From Utricularia gibba (taxonomy: Eukaryota > Plantae > Magnoliophyta), in NCBI GenBank assembly GCA_002189035.1, contig CM007990.1:5270001-5334000 (forward strand): 64,000 nucleotides of DNA, in the 5' to 3' direction. The notes beneath the pieces are model-generated. The model searched no databases. It saw nothing but the letters and a program-made list of their open reading frames with translations, and was not told the DNA's origin. Made by a program: the position numbers and the translations under genes. How positions within the stretch are numbered: position 1 is the first letter of the stretch; each line of letters begins with the position of its first letter. Below, in pieces: positions 15,346-28,939 of the stretch.

Positions 15346-16256
15346 GGATAAGGCTAGTGCGATTTAAAAATGCTTTCTTTCACAAGCGAGAAAGCATTCT
15401 GCGCTTTTGAAATAAGGGTGGTTTGCATGTTGCTTTTCGGGTGTGTCCGCTGCCACGTGTACTCGTCATAATATTCCACTTTGGAGTCTTGTCTCTATAC
15501 ATCACATAGGTTACAATATTCCTCGTGTGTCGTCTGGATCATGAAATACTAAGATATCTCATAATCAATAAAAATGATACCTTAGATAAGGTTTTCCATT
15601 TAGGGTTTAGAACTTAGAAAGTTTCGGATGAAATTGATTTTAAATTAAATTTCTTAAAACATTGAATTTAAAAAAATCATTCTAATTTTATTATTTTATT
15701 GAAATTATAATTTATGAGTTATCAATAAATATGATATTTTAATCTCATAAAAATTTTATTTTTTTAATACCTTGAATAAATGTACAAAATAAGTAAAAAA
15801 ATTAATTTTTTAGGATATTAATAATTATTTTTTTCATCAAAATTGAGAAAAATAATATATTTATTGATCAACAAAAGAAATATCATCCTCTAAAACCACA
15901 TCTCAAGCACTTATTAATAAGACACTAGTTTTGGGTCGAATAAAAAGGGAGGCTCATTTTTTCCAGCCCATTGGGCTCATTGATATCAACAATGGGCCTT
16001 AGAATCACATGGAATGATTTCTTTTTTCACTAACAAAATATTTTTTTAATAAAATTATTTTTGGAAATGTTTTTTTCAATAAAAAAGGAATAAATAGAAA
16101 TTTCTATTTTATATGAAATATTTACATAAAATATTTTTTGAATTTAATGGTACTAATGTGCACGATGCCCGAACGAGGACGAGTAGGTCATTGAAAATCC
16201 CCTCCACCAAACAGGCCGCGGGATGCTACCGTAATTAGATGGAAGACTTTTCTCCT

Positions 16257-16962
16257 CATTCATTTAGTAGTAAAGTCAATGATCCATAATGATGTTAAAG
16301 TTACGATAGTTAGAATAAGTATTTGTGAAGCCTAAGTACATAGTAAATGTAAATTATATATGAAAAATTTGGATGAAAATTTTTATGTTCATTCGTTTAG
16401 TAGTAAAGTCAATGGTGTATGATTATGTTAAAGTTAGAATGATTATGTAAAGGTTAAGTATATAAGAAATATAAATTATATTTAAAAAAATTGTAAAAGA
16501 AGCTTAAAGTCAATGATTCATTTGTTTATAATTTGTTATATAATTGATTACATTATTTTTAATTTTAGATGTGATATTGCTTGTTTTAATAAATAACTTA
16601 AAGTCAACCATGTCATTTGCTTTTTTAAAAAAATTATGGATCCAATTTTTAATAATTTAAAGGGCAATCATATAATCAACCAATTTCTTACTATTTCAAT
16701 AATTCAAATACTTTCATTCTAGATTATTTTTATCAAAATTTACATAATATTATGAATTTTGAAAGAATAACTTTTTTATATAATTTTATAAAATATTTAA
16801 TAGATTAATTATCCATTCATACTAAGTTATCTTGTTATATATATATATTAGTATTTCGTAAATAAATTTTTATTTAATAGAAAGAATAGAATTGGTTAAC
16901 TTGGTGGAGGATAAGTCATGTTAGGAGCATCTAGCCCCATGTTTGAAATGAAAGTATTGACT
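16257..16962. promoter_or_regulatory. W-box (TTGACT) array upstream of PRX-3, partly produced by local duplication
   Basis: AGTCAA at 16274, 16407, 16508 and 16602, plus TTGACT at 16957. The first two sit in a duplicated unit of about 50 bp (ttcatt..tttagtagtaaagtcaatg...atgttaaagtta). Confidence 0.55.
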
Positions 16963-16973
16963 TCTTCCCATAA

Positions 16974-18215
<1,242 letters not shown>

Positions 18216-18712
18216 CTTTTCTTCGATTCTGATGGGATTTTCTTTCTCTCTTTTTTCCCCCGGCAGGTTAATCCTTCCAGCGACGGCATTCAGCAGGTGG
18301 TGATGCCTTCTCACAGTGGGCCCCACTCTGATTGAATATAGTTATTGGGCTGGAGATGCAAGACCGGGCCTTAGAAACATATGAACCCGGCCCATTGAAT
18401 GTTATGTTGGTTTTGATGAAATTTCTTAATGTACGTTCAATAATATTCGATAATGGTTGTGAATAAAAAAAGAAAAGAAAAAAGTCAGTACAATAAATTG
18501 TTTTTAAATTATAATTATGGATTCAATTCAAACTCAATTACAATTTTTATTCTTTTAAAAAATATTTTAAAATATAATTAAAAATTATTTAAATTGATTT
18601 AATTTATGATAAAAAGCTTCTGTTCAATCCTTTTTTAAAATATCGTATAACCCGCGCTTCTGTCTTGGAAGCGATCATTCTGGGAGATGCAGAGCTAGTA
18701 ATCGCTGGCGGA

Positions 18713-21122
18713 TTACTCCGGAAAATCCCCAATGGTTTCTTGGAATCCAAATTCTTCTACACATCCGACGGTTTTGAACAACCGCCGCTTGCTTATCTCC
18801 TCCACGAGTTTCTGATGCAGCATCTTACTGCGTGAATCTACGAGCGATCCGGTTCTGGTTAGTTTCCTCTCCTGTGTTCTTGGGCTAGGGTGTGCCGATC
18901 TGAGATCGGGAGAGTGTTGTTTTGGGGAGATCGATTGAAGATTTAATGCTTGAGGTGGGAAGTGCGGTTTCATTCCGAAGTCCATAGCGTAGTCACAAGG
19001 GCTATGGGAAATCCAATCGTCGGTTAATCGGGTTCCCTCTGTGGAAAATAAAACGTATGACGTTTTCAGATTAGTATGATCTGTGTTTCAAATTATGGTT
19101 TTTGATCCATGAATATTTTAGTGGATGAGTAGCGGATGTTTTTCATGAAATGGGAATTACCATACCTTGAAGCCACTGTTGCATTGTGAGTCTGAATTCT
19201 CGTAAAGTTAAGCGACGCGGCAAGGAGGTGTTGGAAGAACAAGAGGAGAAGGTGTGGAAATAGTTTTCGTTGCAATCATCTTCATCGCCGGAATCGTCAT
19301 TTTGCTGCCAATGAGGTTCAAATGGGCTTGATTTTTTCAAAGTCGGGACCAAATTGGAAATCTCATCATCGATCATGTTTGCAATCTCGAGCGCATCCCA
19401 GTTCGTAATGTCTAGCTCTTTCACCATTTCTGTAGCCACATCCAATGGTCTGTCCTCGGTTATGTCGAATGGGAAGTATATATTTCTGGTTTCACCTGAA
19501 TTGCTCAATTGTTATTGTGATATTGAGAAGTAATAGTAGGCAAGGAATGATATTTTGAAAAGTACCATCTTTATCGCATATCTGTACTTTGAGGAAAATG
19601 GTATCGCCATCAGGGTTCATTGTCCCTGTTATGGTCATCTCAGTTTTGCCCTCTGATTTCTCCAAATGTCTAGGATTGGGACTCAGAGAAGCCTTTTGAA
19701 ATAATGAAGCATGTAATTCTTTGCTTTCATCGATGGAAAGAAACGGATCCTTCAGAAGTTGACTTGCAGGTGGCCTACTGGAAGCCTTCTCTAAGCATCT
19801 TCCTATGAAACTCCTGGCTCTTTCGTCATCAATATGGTAATATGCAGCAGGTAGTTTTCCCTGTGATGAAAAAAAAACATTTATTGGTTTATGTTTAGTT
19901 ACTGTCTTCGAATGTACATTTTGGAAACAAAATAGAGCTTACCGAGGTCACTTTCTTGTAAATTTGAGCAGGGTTTGTGCATTCGTTGTATGGATACTCA
20001 CATGTAAGCATCTCCAGGACGCACATGCCAAAAGAGTAAATGTCTACAAGCTCATCATACTCCTCTTCGTACAATTCTGGTGCCATAAATTCAGGAGTTC
20101 CTGAAGGTTCCAGTAAAAGGCATCTAAGTTAATATGATTTCTAATGATTTTTTTGGTTATTGTGGAAATACATATGTATACTTAGGTGACACTTTTTTAT
20201 GCATGATTTTAGGTTCCTCTGCTTAAAAAAACAAAGCGAAAGTGTATATATGTACATACCTATGACACTGTGAGCACTTTGGGAACCCTGGAGGATTGCT
20301 GCTAACCCAAGATCGCCTATTTTGACCTGGCCAAGATGGCCATTGACAAAGATGTTATCACATTTCAGATCACGGTGAATCACTGGTGGATCCCGGGAGT
20401 GCAAATATTGTAGCCCCTCCAGAATCTGGCGTGCCCAGTTCTGAATTGTTCTGATACTCACCTTCTTGTACCTCATCCTGTACCTGTTCAAAGCTAGCGC
20501 CATGTTTGATTAGTTATCTTAGCTCTCCAGTCTATACTGCGAGAATTAATAAGCTGAACTAAATTGGGAATGTGGCTTACTCTCTCAGGGTCCCTGAAGT
20601 GAACATTTCAGTGATGAAGTTGAAGGTTCGGCGATCAACATTTGTCCATGAAGCATAAAAGCGCATGATAGAGTTGTGATCCAGATCTTTGAGCAAGTGG
20701 ACCTCACTGTACACCCTTCGCAGGTCCTCAGGTGACTTGAATACCTCATTGATTTTAACTTGATTCCATGCTACTTCGATTCCTAGATGCTCATCGAATG
20801 CTCTGTATACTACCTTAGTTGCTCCTTTACCAAGAACTTCTTTAAACTGCAATCACCAGTTTTTTATCAATACAACTGCATCCATTTTCAGCTGATCAAA
20901 TTTTATACTACATATTTGAAGCAACAGTTCCCAAGGGAGAAAACTTAAGTATGAATATTTGATAGTGATTGAGCTGAATTGTTTTTTCATGTGCATAAGA
21001 ACTAGAGCTGTAACTTTTCTACCAGAGATAGAGTTTCAGAAACTTACACGCCCATATCTTCCAGATGGATCCATCTCCACGTATAGTGTATCCCTTCGCC
21101 TGTCATTAGCTCTATCTTCCAT
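18713..21122 (-). CDS. WNK (with-no-lysine) kinase, WNK4/WNK5 clade
   Basis: [21 protein letters not shown] (relocated catalytic Lys), [25 protein letters not shown], the autoinhibitory region NIYFPFD and a C-terminal RRLFKTVG motif. Multi-exon with GT-AG introns. Confidence 0.93.
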
Positions 21123-22511
21123 GTTTTATGCATGTCCTTCAGTCTGGTACATATTTTTCTCTCAACTAGAGTATCTAGCTATGCTACACTTCTGTTGTGT
21201 ATAGGAAAAGACACCGAGCAAGAACCTGGACAACCTGAGCAATCTATCCTCCCCAAAGCATGTCTTGAAAACTCTTACTTCTCAGCATCATCCATTTTGG
21301 ATTCCAATCCATATGCTAGAGTCTTTTCCCTTGTGTGTTTACAGAGATAGGATGGAGATGGCCAAGGTGCAGTTGACCTGGGGCTCCTGGCTGTTTTAGA
21401 AGGAACTGGGTATCTTGAATCAAGAAATTGATGGCCATCTTTCCTGAGAAGAGATTTCAGAGGGTTCTGTTAGAAATAAGGTACATTGAAATGCCTGACC
21501 TCACTATATATTAAGTACATATACGGCACTATCGATATGGAAAATCAGTAGCGAGATGTATATATATTCTTAGAGAAAGTCAGATTATGGTTTTTATAAT
21601 ACCAATAATTGAGCACCTCCGAGTTGACCATCGAGTACACCCACCCATTGTCATATTTGTGAGTCCATAGTCTTGCATTCATCAAGTTAAAATTTACATT
21701 CGCCTTTAGCATTTAAGTTAACTCCTTACCTTGTTCACTATGCAATTGTCATGTAATGCTTATCATTTTATCTTCACCAACGGCCATGCTTAGGTGATTG
21801 TATATTGCACAACCGAGCCGTTGGTTTGCACACTGGTTTCTTGGCCTTCCATCCGTAGCTCCCCTGCAAGTGCGAATGTAGAAAGTCGTCAGTGAAGCAG
21901 GAGGAGGTCTCTTCCCCATCGTCATGTCGTGCGTCATCCTCCAGGCTACGGCCTCCTTACAGGTAGCCAACATTTCTTCCTCCACTGGCTACTGTTCGCC
22001 TCAGTCTGTTACTGCCTCACTTGGTTTTATTTCTTTCTTCATCCTGTCTCCTGTCCTTCAATTATTGAAGAAATAATGCACTATTTTAATGCATCACTCC
22101 CAAAGAACTTCCTCTGGTGCAGGTTCTATCCACTCTACTCAGACGACTAAAACACCAATACTGTGGGAACCAAAAGGTATTTGTGTTCTTCGGCTTTAAG
22201 CTTTGCTCCTGATATCATTTCTGTCGCATCAACGTGATCATTTTTTGAGCTTGGGAGTCTGAGTTCTTTTCAGCACTTTCAACAGGGTTTGGATATCCAT
22301 CGACTAGCTTGCTGTTGATCAATAAAACTCTCCAGATCCAAAACCAAACCACATGGCTCTGGCAAAAAGAAGACACTCAAGTAAGCAAACTTGGACCACC
22401 GTGTGTCACTCTTTTCCACGAGGACTATTCAGCCAACTCACATGCTGCTGCCAAACTTTTCTCTGGTATAAACAACCACCATCCTTCTCTTGCCATCCCC
22501 AAGTAAAAAGC

Positions 22512-22939
22512 ATGTCACCATCGATTACGACCTTCGTCGTGCTCATTTGCTTTGCTGCGGCTGCAGGTTCCGCCGTCGGCGCCATCACCTGCCAGGGGGT
22601 CCTAACCACCCTAACACCGTGCATTTCGTACGCCCAAAGGGGCGGTTACTTGCCGGTCACCTGCTGCGACGCCTTCAGAACTCTGAATGCTGCTGCATCC
22701 ACCACGCCTGACCTTCAGGCTGCTTGCCGATGCGTTATATCTCTTGTTTCAGCAGTTGGCGGCAACCCCGGTTTTGTCAACGACATTCCGGTTAAATGCG
22801 GCGTCCCGTTCCCGTACAAGTACTACCCTTCACTCGACTGCGCCACGTAGGTTCACTGTCCTCATGACGTAACCCTACTTTTACAGTTCGTTTTAACAGA
22901 GACGACTGATCCCCGTGTATTTGCAGGGTGCATCGTTGA
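22512..22939 (+). CDS. Type-1 nsLTP (LTP-B1)
   Basis: Eight-cysteine motif with a 21-residue CXC-C7 spacer. Exons 22512-22846 and 22927-22939 (TVHR*); intron 5 nt after Cys8. TATA box at about 22467. Confidence 0.95.
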
Positions 22940-23169
22940 TCCCATGCAACGAAGAAGATGCAGTAAAACCAGCAGTGTGTTACCGTCTGGTCGCCCAACT
23001 AAGTGCAATGCTTTATCTTCCTGTGTATCCATGGATGATCCTCTGTATTAAGCAATGATTAAGTCTGCTAAACGCGATTATTAACTGGGACGAAAACCAA
23101 ATCACATGCTGCGTCTGCCGAACTCTCTTATACATATAAGCCGTCGTTTCTCGTTCACCCACGCCGGAG

Positions 23170-23591
23170 ATGGAGAGTTCCATGATCCTGAAGATGGTCG
23201 CTGCCATTTGCCTTGCCACGGCCGTCGCGTCGGGCGATGGTGCTATCACATGCGGGGGGCTCCTCAGGACCATGGCGCCGTGCCTGGCCTACGTCCAGAG
23301 GGGCGGCTTCTTGCCGGTCAGCTGCTGCGACGCCGTCAGAGCTCTCAACTCCGCCACACAAACGACCCCCGATCTCCAAGCTGCCTGTGGATGCCTTAAA
23401 TCACTCGCTCCCCCGTTGGGCGCCAACCCCAGCTTCCTCAACGGCCTTCCCGGTAAATGCGGGATACCCTTCGGGTATCAGTACACTCCTACAATCGACT
23501 GCTCCACGTAAGTCCATGAAACGATAAACGGAATTGGGTTTACACGAACTCCGGCGAACTGATCCCATGAACTTGCAGGGTGCATCGTTGA
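23170..23591 (+). CDS. Type-1 nsLTP (LTP-B2)
   Basis: Eight-cysteine motif. Exons 23170-23507 and 23579-23591 (TVHR*). Last exon identical to that of LTP-B1. Confidence 0.95.
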
Positions 23592-24407
23592 GGTGTTGAG
23601 GCCATGAAGAGCCAGCCCCGGCAAGCAGGCAACAATGTGTGATGATTGTGTATGTCTGCCTCATGGGCAATGAATAATCCCCTTTCAAATCACTAATTCA
23701 AAAGAAGAAGAACAAGAAAGCTATTCTCATCTTCATATATTCTCGTTACTTGGAAACTGTCACAAAAATGCCCACTTCTTCAAAAGCGGTGAAAGTTCAA
23801 GAAATGCAATGTGAAGAACAACACGTAATAAAGTGTTTAATGCTAATAAACCCCAAACCATCACGTAATCACCCAATTTGTGCCTCGTTTTGTTAGCGGT
23901 TGAATGACCAAAAAACCTTCTTTAGCTTCGTATTTGAGTATGCCCCATATATCATTTTGTAAAATTACTACTAAAAATAAAAATAATTATTTAAATTTGA
24001 AATATTTATATATTTTTCAAAAAAACTTATTGAATCCAATCTAAAAAATCATGTATTTGGGATTAAATCATGTATAATGTTTTAATCGATAGTTTATGTT
24101 CGATTAGATTGAAATTTGACCTGTCAAACTGATCAGTGTCTAGAAAATTCATTAAATCACTGTTTTGATTGGTAAAAAGGAAGGGAAATAATTAAAGGTA
24201 TTCTGAATTTTATTCGAAAATCCATGAGCTTAAAAATATCATTTTACGAAAATAATTATTTAAAGAATTTAATTTCATTTCCAAGATGGGAATTAAGTGT
24301 GTAGTAAAATATTTGAGTATTTATAGAAATTATAAATTTAATAATCTTTATTAATGGAGTATTGTTCTCTATATCAACCCAACCGCCGGCGAAAGAGGGA
24401 GGGAGCC

Positions 24408-24830
24408 ATGGCACGTACGTCCAACTTAATCGGGTCGATCGTCGTGGTCCTTTGCCTGGCTGCGAGGGCAGCTCCGGCCGACGGGGCTATCACCTGCGCA
24501 GGCGTCTTGACAACGCTGTCTCCGTGCCTGGAATACGTCCGAAACGGCGGGAGCCTGCCGGTTGGTTGCTGCGACGCCCTGAGGAAACTGAATGCTGCAA
24601 CCCAAGCGACGCCTGATCTCCAGGCTGCCTGTGGGTGCGTCAAAAGCCTTGTTCCGGCACTTGGCGGGAACCCCGGTTTGATCAACGGGCTCCCCGCCAA
24701 GTGCCAGATCCCGTTCCCCTATAAGTACTCTCCTTCGCTCGACTGCTCCACGTAAGGAGTCTGGGTTTTAGGGTTAATCCTGCTGCGGCGCAGTGGACTA
24801 ATCGCTTTAGTTTGCAGGCTGCACCGCTGA
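24408..24830 (+). CDS. Type-1 nsLTP (LTP-B3)
   Basis: gccATGG start and eight-cysteine motif. Exons 24408-24751 and 24818-24830 (TLHR*). Confidence 0.95.
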
Positions 24831-25473
24831 TCGGATGACGACGCCGACGCCGGGATGAGGTTGCCGAGCGACGTGTCACGCATCGGAAATAATGTGATAA
24901 TATCGGAAATATTGTGGTTATAAAATAATTAAACTAGTTTATAGTTTTGTGCCCTCGATTTCTTAAATTAGCATTTTCACCCCATACATTTGGCCCAGTC
25001 AATTGGTAACAGGGGTTCGGTTCCGGGTGTTCCACCCGACGGCAGCCGCCGTGTGCTGCGTTTGGGCTAATCGTTAGTACGGAATCAGCGTTTGTATCTG
25101 GGCGCTATGAAAATGCATATCGCAAATCTAGAAAAACGGTTGCTTGTTCTAGAGTTACTTCCGCGTTTCCGACGCCGAATCTTCGTGTGGAGTCCTGAAG
25201 TTCAGAAACCCTATGCCGATTGTAAGGTACAGAGTTGGTTTCTCTGTGTAAATCCTTGAAAAATTACTGCATCATTGATTTTGCTTTTGTGTATATCACG
25301 ACCCACCCAGGAGCGTTACACTGCAACTCCGTTTACCGATTTCGATTCATCGACTGTTTTTCTCTTTGGTGCAAAGTATAGTGAATTCTTTTACTCTTTT
25401 ATTATCCTCAAAAAAGACACTACGCAGAATGGCAGCAAGCGTAAACATCCTTCCCTGAAAATCTACCATTGTT

Positions 25474-28262
25474 CTAAGCATGAGATTCAGGTGCCTCACC
25501 GTGATTATCCAGTGGCATGTACTGGGCCATTATAGCTCGAATCTCAGAATCCATGTACTTCTGCAAATTGTTGAATCGAATTACAATCGCAGCACTTCCG
25601 GTAAATCCGCAGGGTGGATGGAGAAACAAATGTAGCAGGTCTTACCCGGATGCGATACTTGTAAAAGGCGTATCCTGCTACTCCAACTACAGCTAGAGCG
25701 ATCATTAGCACCCATAAAATGGTCCAACTGTTTCCGGACCTGCTGCTACCTTCGCCTGTAAGTTTTTTCTCATAACACAGTTGAGTGCAGGGTTCAATGT
25801 GAAGTTACTTCAGAAACTCGTGTACTTACCAATGCATGTATCGTGTTCATGTATGTATAGTAAGTTGTTCCTGCAAGTGCATTCGTAGCTTCCCCATGTG
25901 TTCTTGCAGTTGCATTCTGGGCACTGGCAAGCTAGCTTTTCTTTGCATTCGTCCACATCTGGATCCAAGTTACCGAAGGTGGTGAGCTGCAGATTCGCTA
26001 TTGGACAGAAACGGTATGTCTCTTGTTTTCATACCTTCACATGTGTCGACTCCATTACCCTTGAATCCCACTGGACACTCACAGCCAGTATCAGCATTCT
26101 GAAAGTAGTAACAGAAACTCATTGTGATCAGTAAATGAAGAGAACAGAATGAGGCTGCGGGAGTGAGCTTTAATAGATTCCCCCTATGGGGAATCTGCCT
26201 GTGATGAGGATGCTTGGAACAGCAATCCTCAGAAACTTACAAAGCATGCTGAGTAGGTCCTTCCACCCTTCGTCCCCTTCCAGCAGCCTCCATTATTTAG
26301 CTCACATCTTAGTGAACCTGACACTGTGATGAGGCGCTTCTTTTAGGATTTGAGATTGACCCTGAATGATCTAGTTGGCAAGAGCACAGAGGAGCTTCTT
26401 CCCATGTGTCAAAGAAACCATTACCAGAACACTTTGTGTAGCCATCACCAGAGAACACTATCCCCCAACTGTAGGGCATTCACAAACTCTCCCACGGAAG
26501 GTGTCCTGCAAGCAAACACCACCTAGCTTTAGATACCACTTAGTAGCCAATGATCGAAAATGGGTCATGGATGGCCCGATGTCAAGGATTCTGAAAACCA
26601 TGGAAAAAACAGAGTACCCTGCAAGCAGTGATGTTACTGAACTTATCCTTCCAGCATCCACCATTGTTCTCCAAGCATTCGTTTGTTTCCATGTCTACCC
26701 ACAGAATGTATCAGAATGAACTTCGAGTGTGCTTAGTAGAACAAATGCAGAAACCAGTACCGGTTGTCAAGCAGATATCAGGCTCTGTTGTCTCCTCAAA
26801 ACCTGCACAAATGGCCCTGAGAACTGCCCCTTTTTCCAGCTTCCCTGTTGGTTTTTGGAAGTGACGAGTTCCGGTCACGTCCGGGAGGTTGATAATCATC
26901 GGAAACAGGAAACAGTTACCTCTATACTGCTTGTTGTTTATGATGAGAGTTGGCAGTATGGTAACATCTCCTCGTGAGTTCTTCCCTACCTGAGGAAACT
27001 AAGTCACACCCTGGTTGGATTCACAACCGAAAGATCTCAAAAGCATCCAACCTGTGCTTCCTGTTCTTGTTTCAAGATTGGGTTCTCCACATCCTCCTCC
27101 GTGTCGCCGATGCATTCGTCGATCTTCTTCACATCAACGCCTAGAGATTCACAGACCAGAAAACCAGTGATTAGCAAGCAAGAGTATGCAACAGTAACAG
27201 AAGCATCCACCTAGAGACTGGATCACTTGATCTGCACACTCTTTTGTATACTTCTTCTGGTTCATGGGACACCGTATTGAGAAATCATTTACATAGTCCC
27301 ACCATTGCCAAGGCTTTCCTCTCTCGCTTGCTACCTTAAAAAAGCAAGCTTGGCGTAGATTCTGCAGAACAACATCCTTTCCATCATACCCTTCACTGAA
27401 ATCCTGCTCAGGATCAGGTGCGCAGTATCTTCCATTGTTAATGCATTGTGATTTGCACTGTTTGCTCGACAGGAAGGCCTCTGGGCAGTACCATGTGATG
27501 TAGTGTGGTGTAAACTGAGTGTACCCTTTCTTCTCCAGTATCTGCGCCACCCCTCTGAAGTTCCGAACGAAATCTAACTGGCTGTCGCACTTGGGGCCGC
27601 ACTCATCGTTCGTGTTCGTCCAGAACTCATACTCAACCCTCTCATCAGGATGTGGAAGGGACTCACTCCAGTCCAGATTCACACTCACCATGTGCCCTTT
27701 AGACAGCTGACTCTTGATCTTGTCCGCAAGCTGCTTGGTAATAAGAGCTGAAGGGATGTTGATGTCCTTGAGATAATCAGCTTTTGCATCAGTTTCCCCT
27801 GGAGTGTCCATGGTGAGGAGAGGCTCATCAACATCATCTCCGACAAGAAGTGCTGCCGCTCCAACATTCTGGGCGTGCCATGCTTTCAATGTGAAGTAGC
27901 AATCTGCAAGATGTGTTAGAGATCAGCAGCAGCAGTCTGGAAAGGAAGAGCTGGAGAAAGCTACCTCCTCTGTCGAGAAGAAGAACCACTGGGATCCCTC
28001 CAGGCTTGTTGTTCAAGGGGATGTCTCCGTCTTGGAACTTCCTGCATCCCTTCTGGTTCTCAGGTTTTGGAGGATACAACACAGAGCCGACCATGGAGCC
28101 TCCATACTTGGGGACCCCAAAGTTCCCGATCGCAGACTCGTACACACCACTTATGGATTCAGGGGATGTCACTTTTAAGCTGTTTTTCTCCACTACAAAT
28201 CTCCCGAAGCAGCCCCCGCAGGTGACAAACACCAACAACACATTGAACCGGGTGCGGTTCAT
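25474..28262 (-). CDS. VSR1: Vacuolar sorting receptor (BP-80 family) with an apparent 1-nt deletion frameshift
   Basis: [10 protein letters not shown]-terminus, PA domain, [13 protein letters not shown], three EGF repeats, a TM helix ([22 protein letters not shown]) and a tail [17 protein letters not shown] with the YMPL sorting motif. The frame breaks at the C5 run 26462-26466; one extra base gives [17 protein letters not shown]. Confidence 0.92.
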
Positions 28263-28647
28263 CTCCGATCCTGAAACCCCAGCAGAAGGGGATTGGGATC
28301 CTGTGAACTCTGAGTCAAAAGAGATCTACTGCCTCAAACAAGAAAGTTGAACTCCGAACGAGTTGACTTTGCGTGATGGGAAGAAACGTGCACTTGTTGC
28401 TTAGAAACATTAACTAATACTTGTAGGCGAAGGCTGGAGCTAACGTCAGATAGGGAAATGGGACCAGTCCTGTCGAACAACACGACCGGCGAGTGCTTCG
28501 CAAGCAAAGCAACCCGTTTCTGTACGGGTGGAGTCCATGTTTGGCAGTTTCTGATCAACATTATATATAATTTTAATATAAATATGGATTAATTTTTTTC
28601 ATTTTTTATCTTGGATAATTTTATTTTTTTAAAAATTTCTGTTTATG

Positions 28648-28672
28648 TGGGCCCAGATGGGCCCATGGCCCA
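28648..28672. promoter_or_regulatory. Site II motifs in the divergent VSR/ATS3 promoter
   Basis: tgggcccagatgggcccatggccca: two palindromic TGGGCCCA plus one GGCCCA between head-to-head genes 677 bp apart. Confidence 0.5.
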
Positions 28673-28939
28673 GCAGGCTATCCAGGCCGCCGTTGCTGAG
28701 TTCATTAATTAGGGATGTCAAAATTAACGAAATTCAAAATTGATTAAAAAAAGAGCGATGTTTATTTGTTTGGAATTTGGAATTTGCGTGTAGCTGCTTC
28801 TATGTCGTTGGCCACATGGCGGCGAATTTACCTACCCCTCAACGCGCCAGAGATTGAGATTGAGACACCAACACGGAGTTTCTGACATTTGATGAACAGT
28901 TGCGACGATCTTCTTCCGTCTTCGGCAGTGAGTATCAGA

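Noticed and set aside
21112-21132. Upstream ATG (MHK...) joined to the WNK frame by an A-run correction
   Set aside because: It is possible given the indel pattern, but the existing ATG already gives a complete kinase, so there is no evidence to prefer it.
22353-22511. 53-aa N-terminal extension of LTP-B1 in the ORF track
   Set aside because: It spans the TATA box; the signal peptide starts at 22512.
22846-24755. In-frame stop immediately inside the LTP introns as a special regulatory design
   Set aside because: Retention would only trim about three C-terminal residues; this follows from the standard type-1 intron position.
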